A stretch of DNA of 64,000 nucleotides from Eledone cirrhosa (Eukaryota): NCBI GenBank assembly GCA_964016885.1, contig OZ024751.1:25296001-25360000 (forward strand), given 5' to 3'. The notes under the pieces were generated by a model. It made no database searches and had not been told where the DNA came from. It saw only the letters and a list, made by a program, of their open reading frames with translations. A program made the position numbers and the translations under genes. This document shows, piece by piece, positions 28,488 to 43,294 of this stretch (positions are counted from its first letter, which is position 1; every line of letters begins with the position of its first letter).

Positions 28488-28633
28488 TATATATACATAT
28501 ACATATATATATATATATATAATATATATATACATATACATATAAATATATATATACATATACATATATATATATATAATATATATATACATATACATAT
28601 ATATATATATATATAATATATATATACATATAC

Positions 28634-28671
<38 letters not shown>

Positions 28672-28676
28672 TATAC

Positions 28677-28718
<42 letters not shown>

Positions 28719-28723
28719 TATAC

Positions 28724-28763
<40 letters not shown>

Positions 28764-28768
28764 TATAC

Positions 28769-28808
<40 letters not shown>

Positions 28809-28831
28809 TATACATATACATATATATATAC

Positions 28832-28873
<42 letters not shown>

Positions 28874-28876
<3 letters not shown>

Positions 28877-29087
28877 AACGAGTAGGACCCCGACGGCTGA
28901 GCTCAAGCCGTTTCGACGGATAATTCTGGACTAAATGAACATTTTCATTTAGTCCAGAATTAGCCGTCGAAACGGCTTGAGCTCAGCCGTCGGGGTCCTA
29001 CTCGTTCCTATTACCCACTCTACTACCCTAAGTATTGAGTACTTTGGTGCGTTATGGTCCACCTGGTTCCTTACCACATTTCCTTTG

Positions 29088-29088
<1 letters not shown>
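28874..29088 (+). mobile_element. PLE-like fold-back insert in (TA)n, family A (longest arms)
   Basis: Arms extend to ACTAAATGAA/TTCATTTAGT, then the tail. Confidence 0.8.
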
Positions 29089-29132
<44 letters not shown>

Positions 29133-29237
29133 CTATTATTTTAATAAATATTTGCTCTACGGTTCTTATATATTTGATATATATTTATCCTTATCGAGCG
29201 CTCTTTGGATTTTAGTCTTCAAATTTATTATTATTAC

Positions 29238-29282
<45 letters not shown>

Positions 29283-29305
29283 ATATGCATATATATGTAT
29301 ATATA

Positions 29306-29338
<33 letters not shown>

Positions 29339-29345
29339 ATATATG

Positions 29346-29407
<62 letters not shown>

Positions 29408-29555
29408 TATATACATATATATACATATATATGCATATATATATACACACACACACACACTGTTTTCATTGATGATGGATAGTCCTGGTTTCTTGGTACA
29501 TTTTCTATTTCACTTGTATCACATTCGCAACAAGTAGCACGCCATTTTTGATACA

Positions 29556-29618
<63 letters not shown>

Positions 29619-29954
29619 TTATATATATATACTATATTTTCTAAATTATTCATATATAGACATTAATGCATCATTAAATAAAGATGGCGGAGACATACAA
29701 TACAACGGGAGGAAACATAATAGCTGCACTGACGTTGTTGCAGATGTGTAACGAAAGAACTTTGCTAGACTATATATATATATGTGTGTGTATTATATCT
29801 GTATTTTTGACCGTTGGTTAGTCAATGGTAAACATTGAGGACCGAATAAATTAATTGATATAAAAGATACAGAAACGAAAACCAACCAAACAGTGAGTGT
29901 GTTCTGTTATTAACTCTGGCAATATTATTACAACAATATGACCCTCCCCAAGTA

Positions 29955-30025
<71 letters not shown>

Positions 30026-30241
30026 CTATTTGTGTTGCAAGGTTTTTTATATGAAATCGTGTGTAGAAACAAATATTGTTATACTGGGGGGAGGGTCATA
30101 TTGTTGTAATATTGCCAGAAATAAGAACAGAACTCACTCACAGTTTGGTTGGTTTTCACTTCTGTATCTTTTTTTATCTCCATAGTTAATTTATTTGGCA
30201 ATCAATGTTTATCATTGATTGACGAACGGTTAAAAATACCG

Positions 30242-30294
<53 letters not shown>

Positions 30295-30717
30295 TAGCAG
30301 ATTAAAGTTTTAGCAAAGAATCGCTGCTTTCAGAATATCCCGTTGAGGGTGAAAGCACCGATTATTTGCTTAAACTTTAATTTGTTATTTAAATAAATAT
30401 TTGCTCTATGGTTCTTATATATTTGATAGATATTTATCCTTATCGAGCCCTCTTTGGATTTTCGTCTTCAAATTTATTATTATTACTATATATATATAGT
30501 CTATCAAAGTTCTTTCGTTGCATATCTGCAACATCATCAGTGGTACTATTATCTTCGCTCCTATTATATTGTAATGTCTACGCCTTTTTTATTTTATTTA
30601 TTTACTTATGTATTAGCCGTCGGAGTCCTGACTCTTTTCCTATTACCCACTCTACTACACTAAGTATCGAGCACTCCGCCTTATGGTCCACCCGGTTCCT
30701 GACCACACTTACTTAGT

Positions 30718-30763
<46 letters not shown>

Positions 30764-30814
30764 TCTGATTTTTCGGACCTATGGTTTTTTACATATTCAT
30801 TTGCTATATTTCGA

Positions 30815-30872
30815 ATACCTGATGATATCACCGGATTCATATGGAACCCGGTCATTGAAATGATCATAGTAT
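30815..30872 (+). ncRNA. Type I hammerhead ribozyme motif (family E)
   Basis: ATAC CTGATGA TATCACCGGATTC-ATATG-GAACCCGGTCATT GAAA TGATC ATA| GTAT AATAAA, with palindromic stem III TGATCA. Minus-strand copies at 2581-2638, 35056-35113 and 55701-55758. Confidence 0.8.
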
Positions 30873-30912
30873 AATAAACCTTTCAAGGATTTACACCAGT
30901 CCATCCTCCTGT

Positions 30913-31025
<113 letters not shown>

Positions 31026-31063
31026 CGCATACACACACACAGAGGCACACACGTACACACACC

Positions 31064-31163
<100 letters not shown>

Positions 31164-31708
31164 TCAGAGCAATTGAAATTTATGGAAGCTACGGAGTGGG
31201 TAGACCAAGAAAAACCTGACCAGAGGTGATAAAAACTTACCTTGCTCACTTACACCTCTCTAAGACAATGTCACTGGATCGAGATCTTTGGTGCCATGCA
31301 GCTGTACAGAAGAGCACCACGTGTCGAATGGCCTACGCCTAACAGGATCGGAGGTATACAAACATAGGAAGAAAAAAGAAAAACAAATTTACCAGCCTAC
31401 TTTATTGCCCCTTGTAAATCAAATCAGTTAAACAAAATTAGTAACTTGTATCTTTTAGTTCAGTGACCTACGTCTGGCACCTACTACTGCCAATGTTTGT
31501 ACATGATATGCTCACCTGTAGCCGGACAGTCAACATTATAGGGCGAGCATATCTAAAACAAAATTAAAATAATACTACATTTAAATAACTGTCGGATGAC
31601 AACATACCAAATAATTATTACATAATATATATATATATATAAACCAATACTGCCAATACTGGAATTGAACCATCAAGACCGTTGAGGTAAGTCATACATC
31701 AATTCATG

Positions 31709-31774
31709 TATTTTCTCTGACGAGGACGTACTGAAAAAACAGCACAGTACCTTCGAAATATATATAATAAAACA
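31709..31774 (+). ncRNA. Type I hammerhead ribozyme motif (family D)
   Basis: TATTTTCT CTGACGA GGACGTACTG...CAGTACCTTC GAAA TATAT ATA| ATAAAACA. Confidence 0.75.
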
Positions 31775-32054
31775 TATATTTTGATTATATGAATGTCTTC
31801 ATTTATTAATATTCTGAATAATATATATACTATTATCACCTAGTATTATTATCACCTAGAAACGATCGTAAAGCAGTGAAGTATATTCCAAATGACTTGA
31901 GTTTTTATTTCATTGTTTTAACTTATATCATGACTCTGTTTTCCTTTTGACGTTTTATTGTTTTCCGGGATTTATTTTAACCTACAATATTTTAAACATA
32001 TGGATTACATTGAGTTCTTCATGCAGACTAGACCCCACAACTAACCGTGGATAT

Positions 32055-32093
<39 letters not shown>

Positions 32094-32769
32094 GAGAGAG
32101 TGCTACAGTGTGTCTCAGATCGGGGAGACTCCTAATGCTGGGCCTACGCAACCCACATATATATACACACATATATACACAAACATACATACACATACAC
32201 AAACATGTATATATTCGACAAAGACTTGGTTGTGTTGTTATTTCTAGCAGGTCGCCTTAAAACGTGCAAGTTGTTTCCATATGGTATCTAGAGATATCGT
32301 TAATAACTTTTAGTTTAAGTGTATTTTTTTAAATTTTTATTTCTTATCCTCCCTACTTTTATCAGAATCAGTTTGTTCCCTATTATTGCTTAAAGAATTT
32401 TGAGAAAATCTCAAGTTACGTCTTTGATTAGTTTATGTTAAAATAAAATAAAAATAAGGCCATGATTGGCAGTCGAGCATAAATTGGTATCACCATGTAC
32501 CATCCATTAACTAATAGTTTGGGAGATCTGCATGTTCGTGAGCAGATAGAAGCACCCTATTATTCATTTCGAACTCCATCTAGACAAACACACGGGAGAG
32601 AAAATAGACTGGCTCAACACTTAACTGAAACATTATTTATCGACCTCGAAAGAAAGAAGAAATGTGAAGTTAATCGTAGTGCGATTTCATCATAGAGTGT
32701 GGAATAGTTATTTCATAGATTTAACCATTCTGCCAATCAACCGTTTTAAATAGAGTAGTATATAATTTT

Positions 32770-33255
32770 TTATTGTCTCGATTTTCCGTGCCTGCTTGTA
32801 CAGTATGTGCAAGAAGGACTGATTTCCAAGCCAAGATTTGTAGGCCACCTTCTTTGATTGGATGGCGTCTTTAGCCTTATGATTGAACCAAGGGCTCCTC
32901 CGGCCACACCCAATCTTCGTTCTCACGCAGAATTTATTATTTGAAGCTGAAACTGCTGAGCTGACCAATCTCCACTCTATCTCAACGTCCTCAGTGTGTC
33001 CAGGGACTTTGCTGAATTTGGGTACAGTAGTATCTGCATGCCTGATCATGACCTCCTTATCTACCGATGCTTCCCACTTTATCCTGTAGGCTATCCTGGA
33101 CTTGCCAGTTTCGTGAGCTTCTTTGACTTTAGGTAATCTCAAGGTGCAGATAACTAGATGGTGATCAGTTGACAGCTCAGACGTTCTCTTAACACAAACA
33201 TCCAGCACAAAATTGAAGAGATCAGAGACAATAACAAAATTAAATATTGATCTCT
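32770..33255 (-). mobile_element. RTE-clade LINE fragment (end of APE domain + linker)
   Basis: RSIFNFVIVSDL..VLDVCVKRTSELSTDHHLV, RIKWE, DVEIEW, SPWFN...AIQSKKVAY. Confidence 0.8.
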
Positions 33256-33321
33256 GTAATGCGCCTAATTTAGCATTCGGTAATGAGAATTCTTCGGTTG
33301 GATATTCGTGCCAACCCTTAC

Positions 33322-33812
33322 CTATGGTCATGAATCTTGATTAATGACCGAAAGGATACGATTGCGAATACAATCGACCGAGATCGGGTACCTCCGAAGG
33401 ATCTTTAGAGTGACGTTACTCGATAAAGTGCGTAGTTTGGAGATCAGAGAGTCACTTAAGTTACAGCCGCTACTTCTCCACATCGAGAGATCATGGCTCC
33501 GATACTATGGGCATTTGGTTAAAATGTCTCAGGAAAGAATCGCTTGACAGATGTTACGGGCAAAATCAACCGGCAAGAGACCCAGGGGTGGACCTCGAGC
33601 AAGATGGTCAGATAACATACATGAGCTTGGTTGATCGCGCTTGAAGATCCAACTGGATCACTTGGAGACAGTTGCTTCTGACAGGACCCGCTGGAAGAAG
33701 TGTTTAAGGACTCATCGTCCAAAACCCTCTCAGGAATAAGAGTACAAAGAAGAAGAAGAGGAAGAATAAGAATAAGAGTACAAAGAAGAAGAAGAAGAAG
33801 AAGAAGAAGAAG
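33322..33812 (+). mobile_element. RTE-clade LINE 3' end with (GAA)n tail
   Basis: MTERIRLRIQSTEIGYLRRI.RVTLLDKVRS.EIRESL..QPLLLHIERS.LRYYGHLVKM, followed by a GAA-rich tail. Confidence 0.85.
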
Positions 33813-33918
33813 ATGATGCAAGTTTTTAATAGATTATGAGTGTTAAAAGTTTTAAATGAACGAACACACATACGTGTAGCTCTGTGTGTACGAGTACACA
33901 CACATATGTACATGTTTG

Positions 33919-34015
<97 letters not shown>

Positions 34016-34030
34016 ATACATATATATTTA

Positions 34031-34090
<60 letters not shown>

Positions 34091-34169
34091 AAGAAAGAAG
34101 GGTAACATGGTTGACTGTGCAATAAGGGCTTTATTCAAAGTGCTGACAATTGTTTTGTTGATCTGGTGC

Positions 34170-34304
<135 letters not shown>

Positions 34305-34771
34305 TGTACATATGTGTATGTAAGTGTGTGTATTCGTACACATGGAGCTACACGTATGTGTGTTCATGTTCATGTGTAAGTCAGAGAATGGGTTTATACA
34401 TGCGAGATAGAAAGAGGAAGATAAAAAGAAAGAGAAACACACGAACAAATAAATAATTAAATATACAACAAAAAAAAAATAAATAAATAAATAGATAGAT
34501 AAAAACATCGAGAGAAGGGAAGGGGTGGAATTATTTGGTGGGATTTATTTGTTAATCCTTGGTGAATTTAAGGGATGGGGTGTTCCCTAGAGCAGTGTTA
34601 ACATAGCGATAACAGGTCCAAACCATCTACCCCCCACCATCACCCTCTAGCAGCCAGGAAAATTGCATAGATAACATACAGCTAAGTGATTTCTGTTTGC
34701 CAAGAGGTTCCCATATTATTTTGTATAGACACCTATGTGCGTGTGTACGTATGTACACACACACATTTATT

Positions 34772-34802
<31 letters not shown>

Positions 34803-35397
34803 ATGATGTATATATATTTTTCTAGGGCGGGTAAAATTCCCGAGATCCATGGACGAGTTCTCTCCAGCGGTCTCTGTCCCTCATTATCGCTGCCATGTCC
34901 TGCGTCTCCAACAGACGAGTGTCTGTCCTTAGGGTATCAACATACGTTAACCTCGGTCTTCCTCTTCCAATGTGTCCATGTAGGGGCTCCCACATATATA
35001 TATATAAATAAAATAACAGGAGGCTGGACTGGTGTAAATCCTTGAAAGGTTTATTATACTATGATCATTTCAATGATCGGGTTCAGCATGAATCCGGTGA
35101 CATCATCAGGTAATTCAAAATATAACGAAGGAATATAACAGATAAAAATCCATGGTGCTGAAAATCAGAGACAGGAGGGCGACCAACAATTTAGCAGCTT
35201 CTACTTCTGTAACATTGTACTTGTAATTCAAGAGTCCAGCCGTGTCACAATGTATCACACTTATTTTTTGGAATTGCATTAACATAATATATACCCGTGG
35301 AATAATCAGCCAGTTGCAGGCTAAATCATGAGTAAGATGTTCAGGTGTTCAAACAACAGAATGCGAATTGTTGAAGCAAATTTTCCTTTTACACCCA

Positions 35398-35527
35398 CAG
35401 GGTAAGATATAGGGAAGATATAGGGTAAGATATAGGGTAAGATATAGGCTAAGATATAGGGTAAGATATAGGGAAGATATAGGGTAAGATATAGGGTAAG
35501 ATATAGGGTAAGATATAGGGAAGATAC
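35398..35527. repeat. 12-bp tandem repeat AGGGTAAGATAT
   Basis: About 11 direct copies. Confidence 0.9.
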
Positions 35528-35989
35528 AACAATAGAACACGTTCGTCTTATTACAGCATGTTAGAAACTAACATAACAAGAACAACAAGAACAACAGCAA
35601 CAACTACAACCACGATGGCAACAATAACAACAAAAACAACAACAACGACGATGACCACAACAAAAACAACAACAAAACAACAACAACGAAAATGGCAACA
35701 ACAGCAACATCAGCAACAGCAACGACAACAACAACAACAACAACAACAGCAACAACAGCAGCAACAACAGCAACGACAACACCACCAACAACAACAACAC
35801 CAACAACAACAAAAGCAGCAACAACAGCAACGACGACAACAACAACAACAACAACAACCGTAACAACAACAACAACAACAACAACAAAAACAACAACAAC
35901 TAGCAAATGAAGACTGGAACTGTAATAAACATAGCTCTGAATCATGTGGTCTGACCTAGGGTTAAACATCAAACAATAGTAGAGCTATG

Positions 35990-36550
35990 TACATGTATGT
36001 GCATACGTATGTATGTGTAGGTATGTGCATATGTACGCATACAACTGTATGTGTAGGTATGTGCATACATGTGTATATGTAGGTATGTGCATACATGTGT
36101 ATATGTATGTAGGTGCATACATGTGTATATGTAGGTATGTGTATACATGTATATGTGTAGGTATGTGCATACATGTGTATGTGTAGGTATGTGCATACAT
36201 GTATATGTGTAGGTATGTGCATACATATGTATGTGTAGGTATGTGCATACATGTGTATATGTAGGTATGCGCATACATGTGTATGTATAGGTATGTGCAT
36301 ACATGTGTATGTGTAGGTATGTGCATACATGTGTATATGTAGGTATGCGCATACATGTGTATATGTAGGTATGTGCATACATATGTATGTGTAGGTATGT
36401 GCATACATGTGTATATGTAGGTATGCGCATACATGTGTATGTGTAGGTATACGCATACATGTGTATATGTAGGTATGTACATACATGTATATATGTAGGT
36501 ATGCGAATACAAGTGTATGTGTAGGTATGTGCATACATGTGTATGTGCAT
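35990..36550. repeat. 26-bp minisatellite GTAGGTATGTGCATACATGTGTATRT
   Basis: About 21 copies, which explains the periodic minus-strand ORFs. Confidence 0.9.
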
Positions 36551-36740
36551 GTGAGGTTTATTTAGCTCCATGACAGGTGCATATTAATGGCAGATGCAAA
36601 CATGTTATTACAGTCAGGTGCAACATAAGCTGTATTAAATCAATTGACATCGGTTAAAACCTTTGCTCCACAATTACACCTGAACGACCTACTTTACATC
36701 ACGTGTGTACAATTACACGCACTTCCATATACACACATAC

Positions 36741-36805
<65 letters not shown>

Positions 36806-36821
36806 CACACACACACACACA

Positions 36822-36891
<70 letters not shown>

Positions 36892-37014
36892 GATATTTAA
36901 TTTGTTGGATATGCAACAAATTTATTTATAACAGATTCGAAGCACTCTACAAGTTTTCTGGAGTAAAATATCAATGATATTAATAAATGGAAACTATATT
37001 TATAAAACCATATT

Positions 37015-37075
37015 TATTTTATTATATATATTTCAAGGGTACCAACATTTTAGTACGCTCTCCTCAGATAAAATA
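37015..37075 (-). ncRNA. Type I hammerhead ribozyme motif (family D)
   Basis: Minus strand: TATTTTAT CTGAGGA GAGCGTACTAAAATGTTGGTACCCTT GAAA TATAT ATA| ATAAAATA; perfect 8-bp stem I. Confidence 0.85.
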
Positions 37076-37234
37076 CAAAATTTGTTTTATAAATGGTGAC
37101 ATACCCAAGAATGAGACCTTATCGGTTTAAACATTCGATTCGTTTGCAATTATGCAAACAAGCCTCATTTTTTGGTTGGCGTAAACAGAACTGCATATAT
37201 TTTCACTAGCTCTGACAGTTGGCAGGTGAACAGT

Positions 37235-37284
37235 GAGCTGTACTGATGAAGGGTGATACCCAGAAACATTAGTGTCTGCAGTTC
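37235..37284 (+). ncRNA. Type I hammerhead ribozyme motif (family H)
   Basis: GAGCTGTA CTGATGA AGGGT-GAT-ACCCA GAAA CATTAGT GTC| TGCAGTTC; 8-bp stem I with two GU pairs. Confidence 0.85.
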
Positions 37285-37461
37285 TGTTTACATGCCAACA
37301 CAAGAGCAAGAATGAAGAGTTCATTCTACTAATATGGCTCTAAAAATGAGGCTTGTTTGGATAATTGCATAATTGCATAATTTGCATAATTGCATAATTG
37401 CAAACAAATCGAATGTTATTATTATTAATATTCGAAAAGTTACATTTATTATATATGATTG

Positions 37462-37539
<78 letters not shown>

Positions 37540-37633
37540 TAGAACACTGGTGGGTTATATCTGCAGTAGCAGAGGACTCTGTTCATGGGATGAATTTGGT
37601 AGAAGTCGTTCCACAGCAGTTAATTCACCATTT

Positions 37634-37675
37634 CCGAGAACAATTTGTTTCGCCTCAGACGGATCATCAGCTCGG
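37634..37675 (-). ncRNA. Type I hammerhead ribozyme motif (family I)
   Basis: Minus strand: CCGAG CTGATGA TCCGTCTGAGGC GAAA CAAATT GTT| CTCGG. Stem II is weak. Confidence 0.7.
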
Positions 37676-37851
37676 TTTAAGTGAGACAATAAGGAAAAGG
37701 AAAAGGTTTACACGAATAGACATGTGCACAAGTTCTTCTCAAAGGGGAGGCAACTCATGTTACATCTATGGAGTAAGTAACTGCGAAAGATCAGAATACA
37801 ATAGATTATTCATGATATCAAGAGGTATTACGTCCAATAGTCAGTTTAAGG

Positions 37852-37889
<38 letters not shown>

Positions 37890-38079
37890 AAGTATGTCCA
37901 TAGAATCATTTGATAAAATATATACATTATTTCCTCTCCCAATCAGCATAATCAACCACACAAAAAAAACAATTAAACAAGGCTATAAGATTAAAAGGTA
38001 CCTATGAAGAAACAATAGATAAATAAACGACAGCTATCTATCCGCGATCAACAGCTATAGAATATTTACCCGGCATTTC

Positions 38080-38141
<62 letters not shown>

Positions 38142-38159
38142 CATGTATCCTTGTAAATT

Positions 38160-38530
38160 GCAATAAGAGCAAAGGAGATGCCCTAGAAGGAAATAAGTAC
38201 AGAAGCATCATGTCATCAAGCTGATGGACCAGGTCATACAAGTTGCCAGCATGGTTATAGCACAACTAATTAGGGTAAGAATCAAGTTAGATGTGATGCA
38301 GCTTGGAATAATACCAGGGATGATCTCTTTCTGGCGAAACAACTACGGGAGAGGTACTTAGCTAAGAGCATGCCACTGTACCTAGAAATTTTATATCTGG
38401 AGAAGGCCTTTTACAGGGCCATTTGCTATATATTCTCTTAGGATGTTAGATCTAGACGAATGGCTTGTGAGGGCCGTGAAAGCAATGCATAGAGGAGCAA
38501 CCAGTAGAGTACAATTGGCAATGAGTACAC
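38160..38530 (+). mobile_element. RTE-clade LINE RT fragment
   Basis: KGDALE.NKYRSI, KLMDQV, QLRERYLAKSMPLYL...LEKAF, DEWLVRAVKAMH; degraded. Confidence 0.8.
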
Positions 38531-38627
38531 ATATACAGCAACACATGCAACACTCATAACCTTTTCACACTCAACTTAATGGCCAGCGGTGTAGCAGTAG
38601 CAGCTGAATTAATAAGCAGCATACAAG

Positions 38628-38693
<66 letters not shown>

Positions 38694-38726
38694 ATGAGTG
38701 TGTGTGTGTGTATTTATATAAATATA

Positions 38727-38875
<149 letters not shown>

Positions 38876-39203
38876 GCAACAACTTTCTCCCCACCCTCCC
38901 TCTCACAAGCAAGCACGCAGATTCAGTCTCTGCCGCAAGTCTTCCTTCTCTCTCTTCCCCATCCACATCTCTCTCACTCTCTCTTCTTCTCTCTCATATA
39001 ACTAGTTCCAATTTTCTCCCACACTAATGCTCTTTCTATATATATATGTATCTATCTATCTCTCACACACCAGCAGTTTGCTGGTGTACACCAACAGTCT
39101 CTCACAGTCACTACATGACTCTCACTGCCTCACCTTCTCTCTCTTATAATTAGTTCTACTCGTCTCCCTCACTCTCTCTCTCACACTCATACTCTCTATA
39201 TAT

Positions 39204-39274
<71 letters not shown>

Positions 39275-39364
39275 GTTTGCTGGTGTATCGCAACAGTAAC
39301 AGTCACTACCTCATTACATTTGTCAGCATCTAGTGTGACTAAACTTCATAAGTGCTGTAGTTGT

Positions 39365-40255
39365 TGTTAACACCAACCATCAACATTCAACTACCAACCA
39401 CCATAAACGTAAAAACACCAACACAACCAACACCAACACTACAAACACCAACACCAACAACAACACCACCAACAACAACACTACAAACACCAACAACAAC
39501 ACCATTAACACCAACGCCACAAACGCAACAACAACAACAAGCACTAACACCAACACCACAAACACCAACCACAAACACTAACAACAACACCACAAACACC
39601 AACAACAACCACAAACACTAACAACAACACCACAAACACCAACAACAACCACAAACACCAACAACAACCACAAACACCAACAACAGCACCACAAACACCA
39701 CCAACAACCACAAACACCAACAACAACCACAAACACCAACAACAACACCACAAACACCAACAACAACCACAAACACCAACAACAACCACAAACACCAACA
39801 ACAACACCACAAACACCAACAACAACCACAAACACCAACAACAACCACAAACACCAACAACAACCACAAGCACTAACACAAACACAAAACACGCAAACAA
39901 CATCAACATCAACCACCACCATCATCAGCAACACCGACACCAACATCAGCATCAACCACTACCACTACCACCACCGCCATCAGCAACACCGGCACCAACA
40001 TCAGCATCAACCACTACCACCACCACCACCACCATCAGCAACAACATCAACATCAACATCAACCACTACCACCACCACCACCACCACCACCATCAGCAAC
40101 AAAAACATCAACATCAACATCAGCCACCACCATCAACAACAACATAAATACCAGCTCAAACACCAACCACCACCAGCAGCAGCAACAACAATAGAAACAG
40201 CAACCCCAACCCTAACACCAACCACCACCACCACCACCACCAACAGCAACAGCAA
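39365..40255. repeat. AAC/ACC low-complexity tandem repeat
   Basis: ACCACAAACACCAACAACA-type units. Confidence 0.9.
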
Positions 40256-40506
40256 GCAGTAAGTGGAAGTTTATTTAACTCTGATAATACCATGTATAAG
40301 GCATGTATAGAGATGGTGTTGTTACTCATCTGACATCAACACACGTTGTTGGTAATGGGTTTACACTAACGAAGTACTACAATTATGTGGCCCTGAAATC
40401 CTGAAATAGGGGTCACTATCACTCTCAAACTATAGGTTTGAACGCAGATGACTTCTTCCAAGGTAACAGAGAAGTGTATATAAATATATACACACGCATA
40501 CACACA

Positions 40507-40711
<205 letters not shown>

Positions 40712-40956
40712 GGGAGTGGGATGGTATTAGTTACAAGCGGTGAGACAGTTTCTCAACTTAGTACGCTGTACTGTAAGGAAGTTAAGTGTAGATATACGGT
40801 CAAAAACCCTACCATATATATATAGAGAGATAGATATGTCCCAAGGCTCTGATACCATCAACACTATAAACACAGCGATGGCATATCTAAGACTGACTAA
40901 CTGCCTGAGGAGGTCATACCCATTCAATGGCTATCATCGAAATATATATAATTTCG

Positions 40957-40997
<41 letters not shown>

Positions 40998-41615
40998 ATA
41001 TTTGGGGAGGGTCATATTGTTATAATATTGCCAGAAATATATAAAACACACTCACTGTTTGGTTTGGGCTGGTTTTCGCTTTTGGTTTCCGTATATTTTA
41101 TATCTCTATATTTAATTTGGCTGGCAATTAATGTTTATCATTGATTGACCAACATTTAAAAATATAGATATAAATCTAACAATATTTGTTTCAACACATC
41201 AAAAAGCTTGCAAAACAAATTCATTGGGTTTTATATATATATCGATGCCCCAGCATGGCCTCAGCCGGATGGCTGAAACAGGTAAAAGAATATACATATA
41301 TTTTATATATATATATAATCCTTATCGAGCCCTCTTCGGATTTTTGTCTTTCTTCACATTTATTATTAATATATATGTTGGATTTTCTAATTGGATTTTC
41401 ACCCCGAAACTGGACTGGGTATGCAGATTGGAGCACTCGATGAGGTGCGGAGTTTGGTTTGGTTTGGTTACTCTGGAGTAATGTAAAATAAATAATTAAG
41501 TCAAATATTTAAAATTTGGCTTCGTTTATTAAAGGTGTACGGCTGTCACCGAAATATATATAGCAGTACACCTTTAATAAACGAACCCAAATTTTAATAT
41601 TTGACTTAATTATTT

Positions 41616-41688
<73 letters not shown>

Positions 41689-41740
41689 TATTAAAATATA
41701 AGTATTAATAAAACAGATGTTCTTTGTTCTTTTGATCAAT

Positions 41741-41799
41741 TACATTTTATTATACATATTTCGGATGTACAACATTACGACCTCATCAGACAAAATATA
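41741..41799 (-). ncRNA. Type I hammerhead ribozyme motif (family D)
   Basis: Minus strand: TATATTTTGT CTGATGA GGTCGTAATGTTGTACATCC GAAA TATGT ATA| ATAAAATGTA. Confidence 0.8.
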
Positions 41800-41954
41800 A
41801 TGATACATGACATACCCTGAGATGTTAAATGGTTAACATTTAATCAAGGTAGAAAATTATTTTACCGTTGAGTGCTTCCAATCTACTGTAAAACTCATTC
41901 TTTGACATAATCATTGAATATTGTTTAACACTTTAATATATATATATATATATA

Positions 41955-42184
41955 TATTAGTAAAAGGAAATGAAAATGGTGACAAATTTTTCCCAGTGAA
42001 AAATAGTTTAATTAGGAATAAGTATAACGTACTGGGTAATTGCTGGTCTTGTGCCAATAGTAGAAACAATTACTAATTTATACTTATTCCTAATTAAACT
42101 ATTTTTCACTGGGAAAAATTTGTCAGCATTTCCTTTTCCTTTTACTAATATATCACAACTCGTGTGTTACACCTCTACTTTTTT

Positions 42185-42234
<50 letters not shown>

Positions 42235-42474
42235 AAAGAATAGAGGTGTAACACACAAGTTATTATATATTGGTAAACGGAATAGAAAATGCTGACAAAT
42301 TGTTCACAGTTGAAAAATGGTTTAATTAGGAATATAATTCAGTTGTGGTTTTAAGTTTTTAAAAACTTAAAACCACAACTGAATACTAACCCATACAATC
42401 ACTAATACTCTTTTATTCCTAATTAAACCATTTTTCAACTGTGAACAATTTGTCAGCATTTTCTATTCCGTTTA

Positions 42475-42482
<8 letters not shown>
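41955..42482. mobile_element. Two fold-back inserts of one family, tail-to-tail around (TA)n
   Basis: Palindromes at 41955-42152 and 42266-42482, with mutually inverted tails flanking the TA tract at 42189-42230. Confidence 0.75.
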
Positions 42483-42531
<49 letters not shown>

Positions 42532-43023
42532 GACGTTTACAAAAAGTCGTTGATATTATTTCATCGATCTCCGGCCATGACTCACTCAATGAATCTATAA
42601 GATTGCAGTAGAGAAACTGCATCTCGATATTCAGAGTACACTCATTTTAGTTAATTACAATTGCTGTTCTGTATACACACATACACACAGCAGACACACT
42701 CACACATACACACACACACACATACACATATATATATATATATTTAGAGAGAGAGAGAGATGGGGGTAAATCGACATTAATACAGAATTGATAATTGATT
42801 TATCGACCTGGTAAGGATGAAAGTCAAAGTTGATCTCAGCAGGAATTGAACTCAGAAGTGGAAAGAATAACGAAACACTATATCGGACGTTCTAACGACA
42901 GGTGTCTCTCATTAGGCTGTGACCATACTGGAGCACCACATTGATTTAATCGATCAAATCGACCCATGTAATTATTTTATCGATATCCTTTTTGTCGGAC
43001 AGCTAAATGAGGGACATAGCCCC

Positions 43024-43133
<110 letters not shown>

Positions 43134-43294
43134 CGTGTGTGTGTGTGTGTGTATAGTGAAATAAAATAAAAAGGACGATTGATTACTCCTTCATTACGTT
43201 TATTGGCTGGTGACGCGCGTTTCGCCACTGATCAGCTCATGGTTCGATGTGTGTCGATCTGACCCGAGTCTATAATCCGCAGCTCGACAGACTG

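Noticed and set aside
35962-36571. Periodic His/Tyr/Cys-rich proteins of about 200 aa
   Set aside because: All three minus frames are open because of a 26-bp purine-pyrimidine minisatellite.
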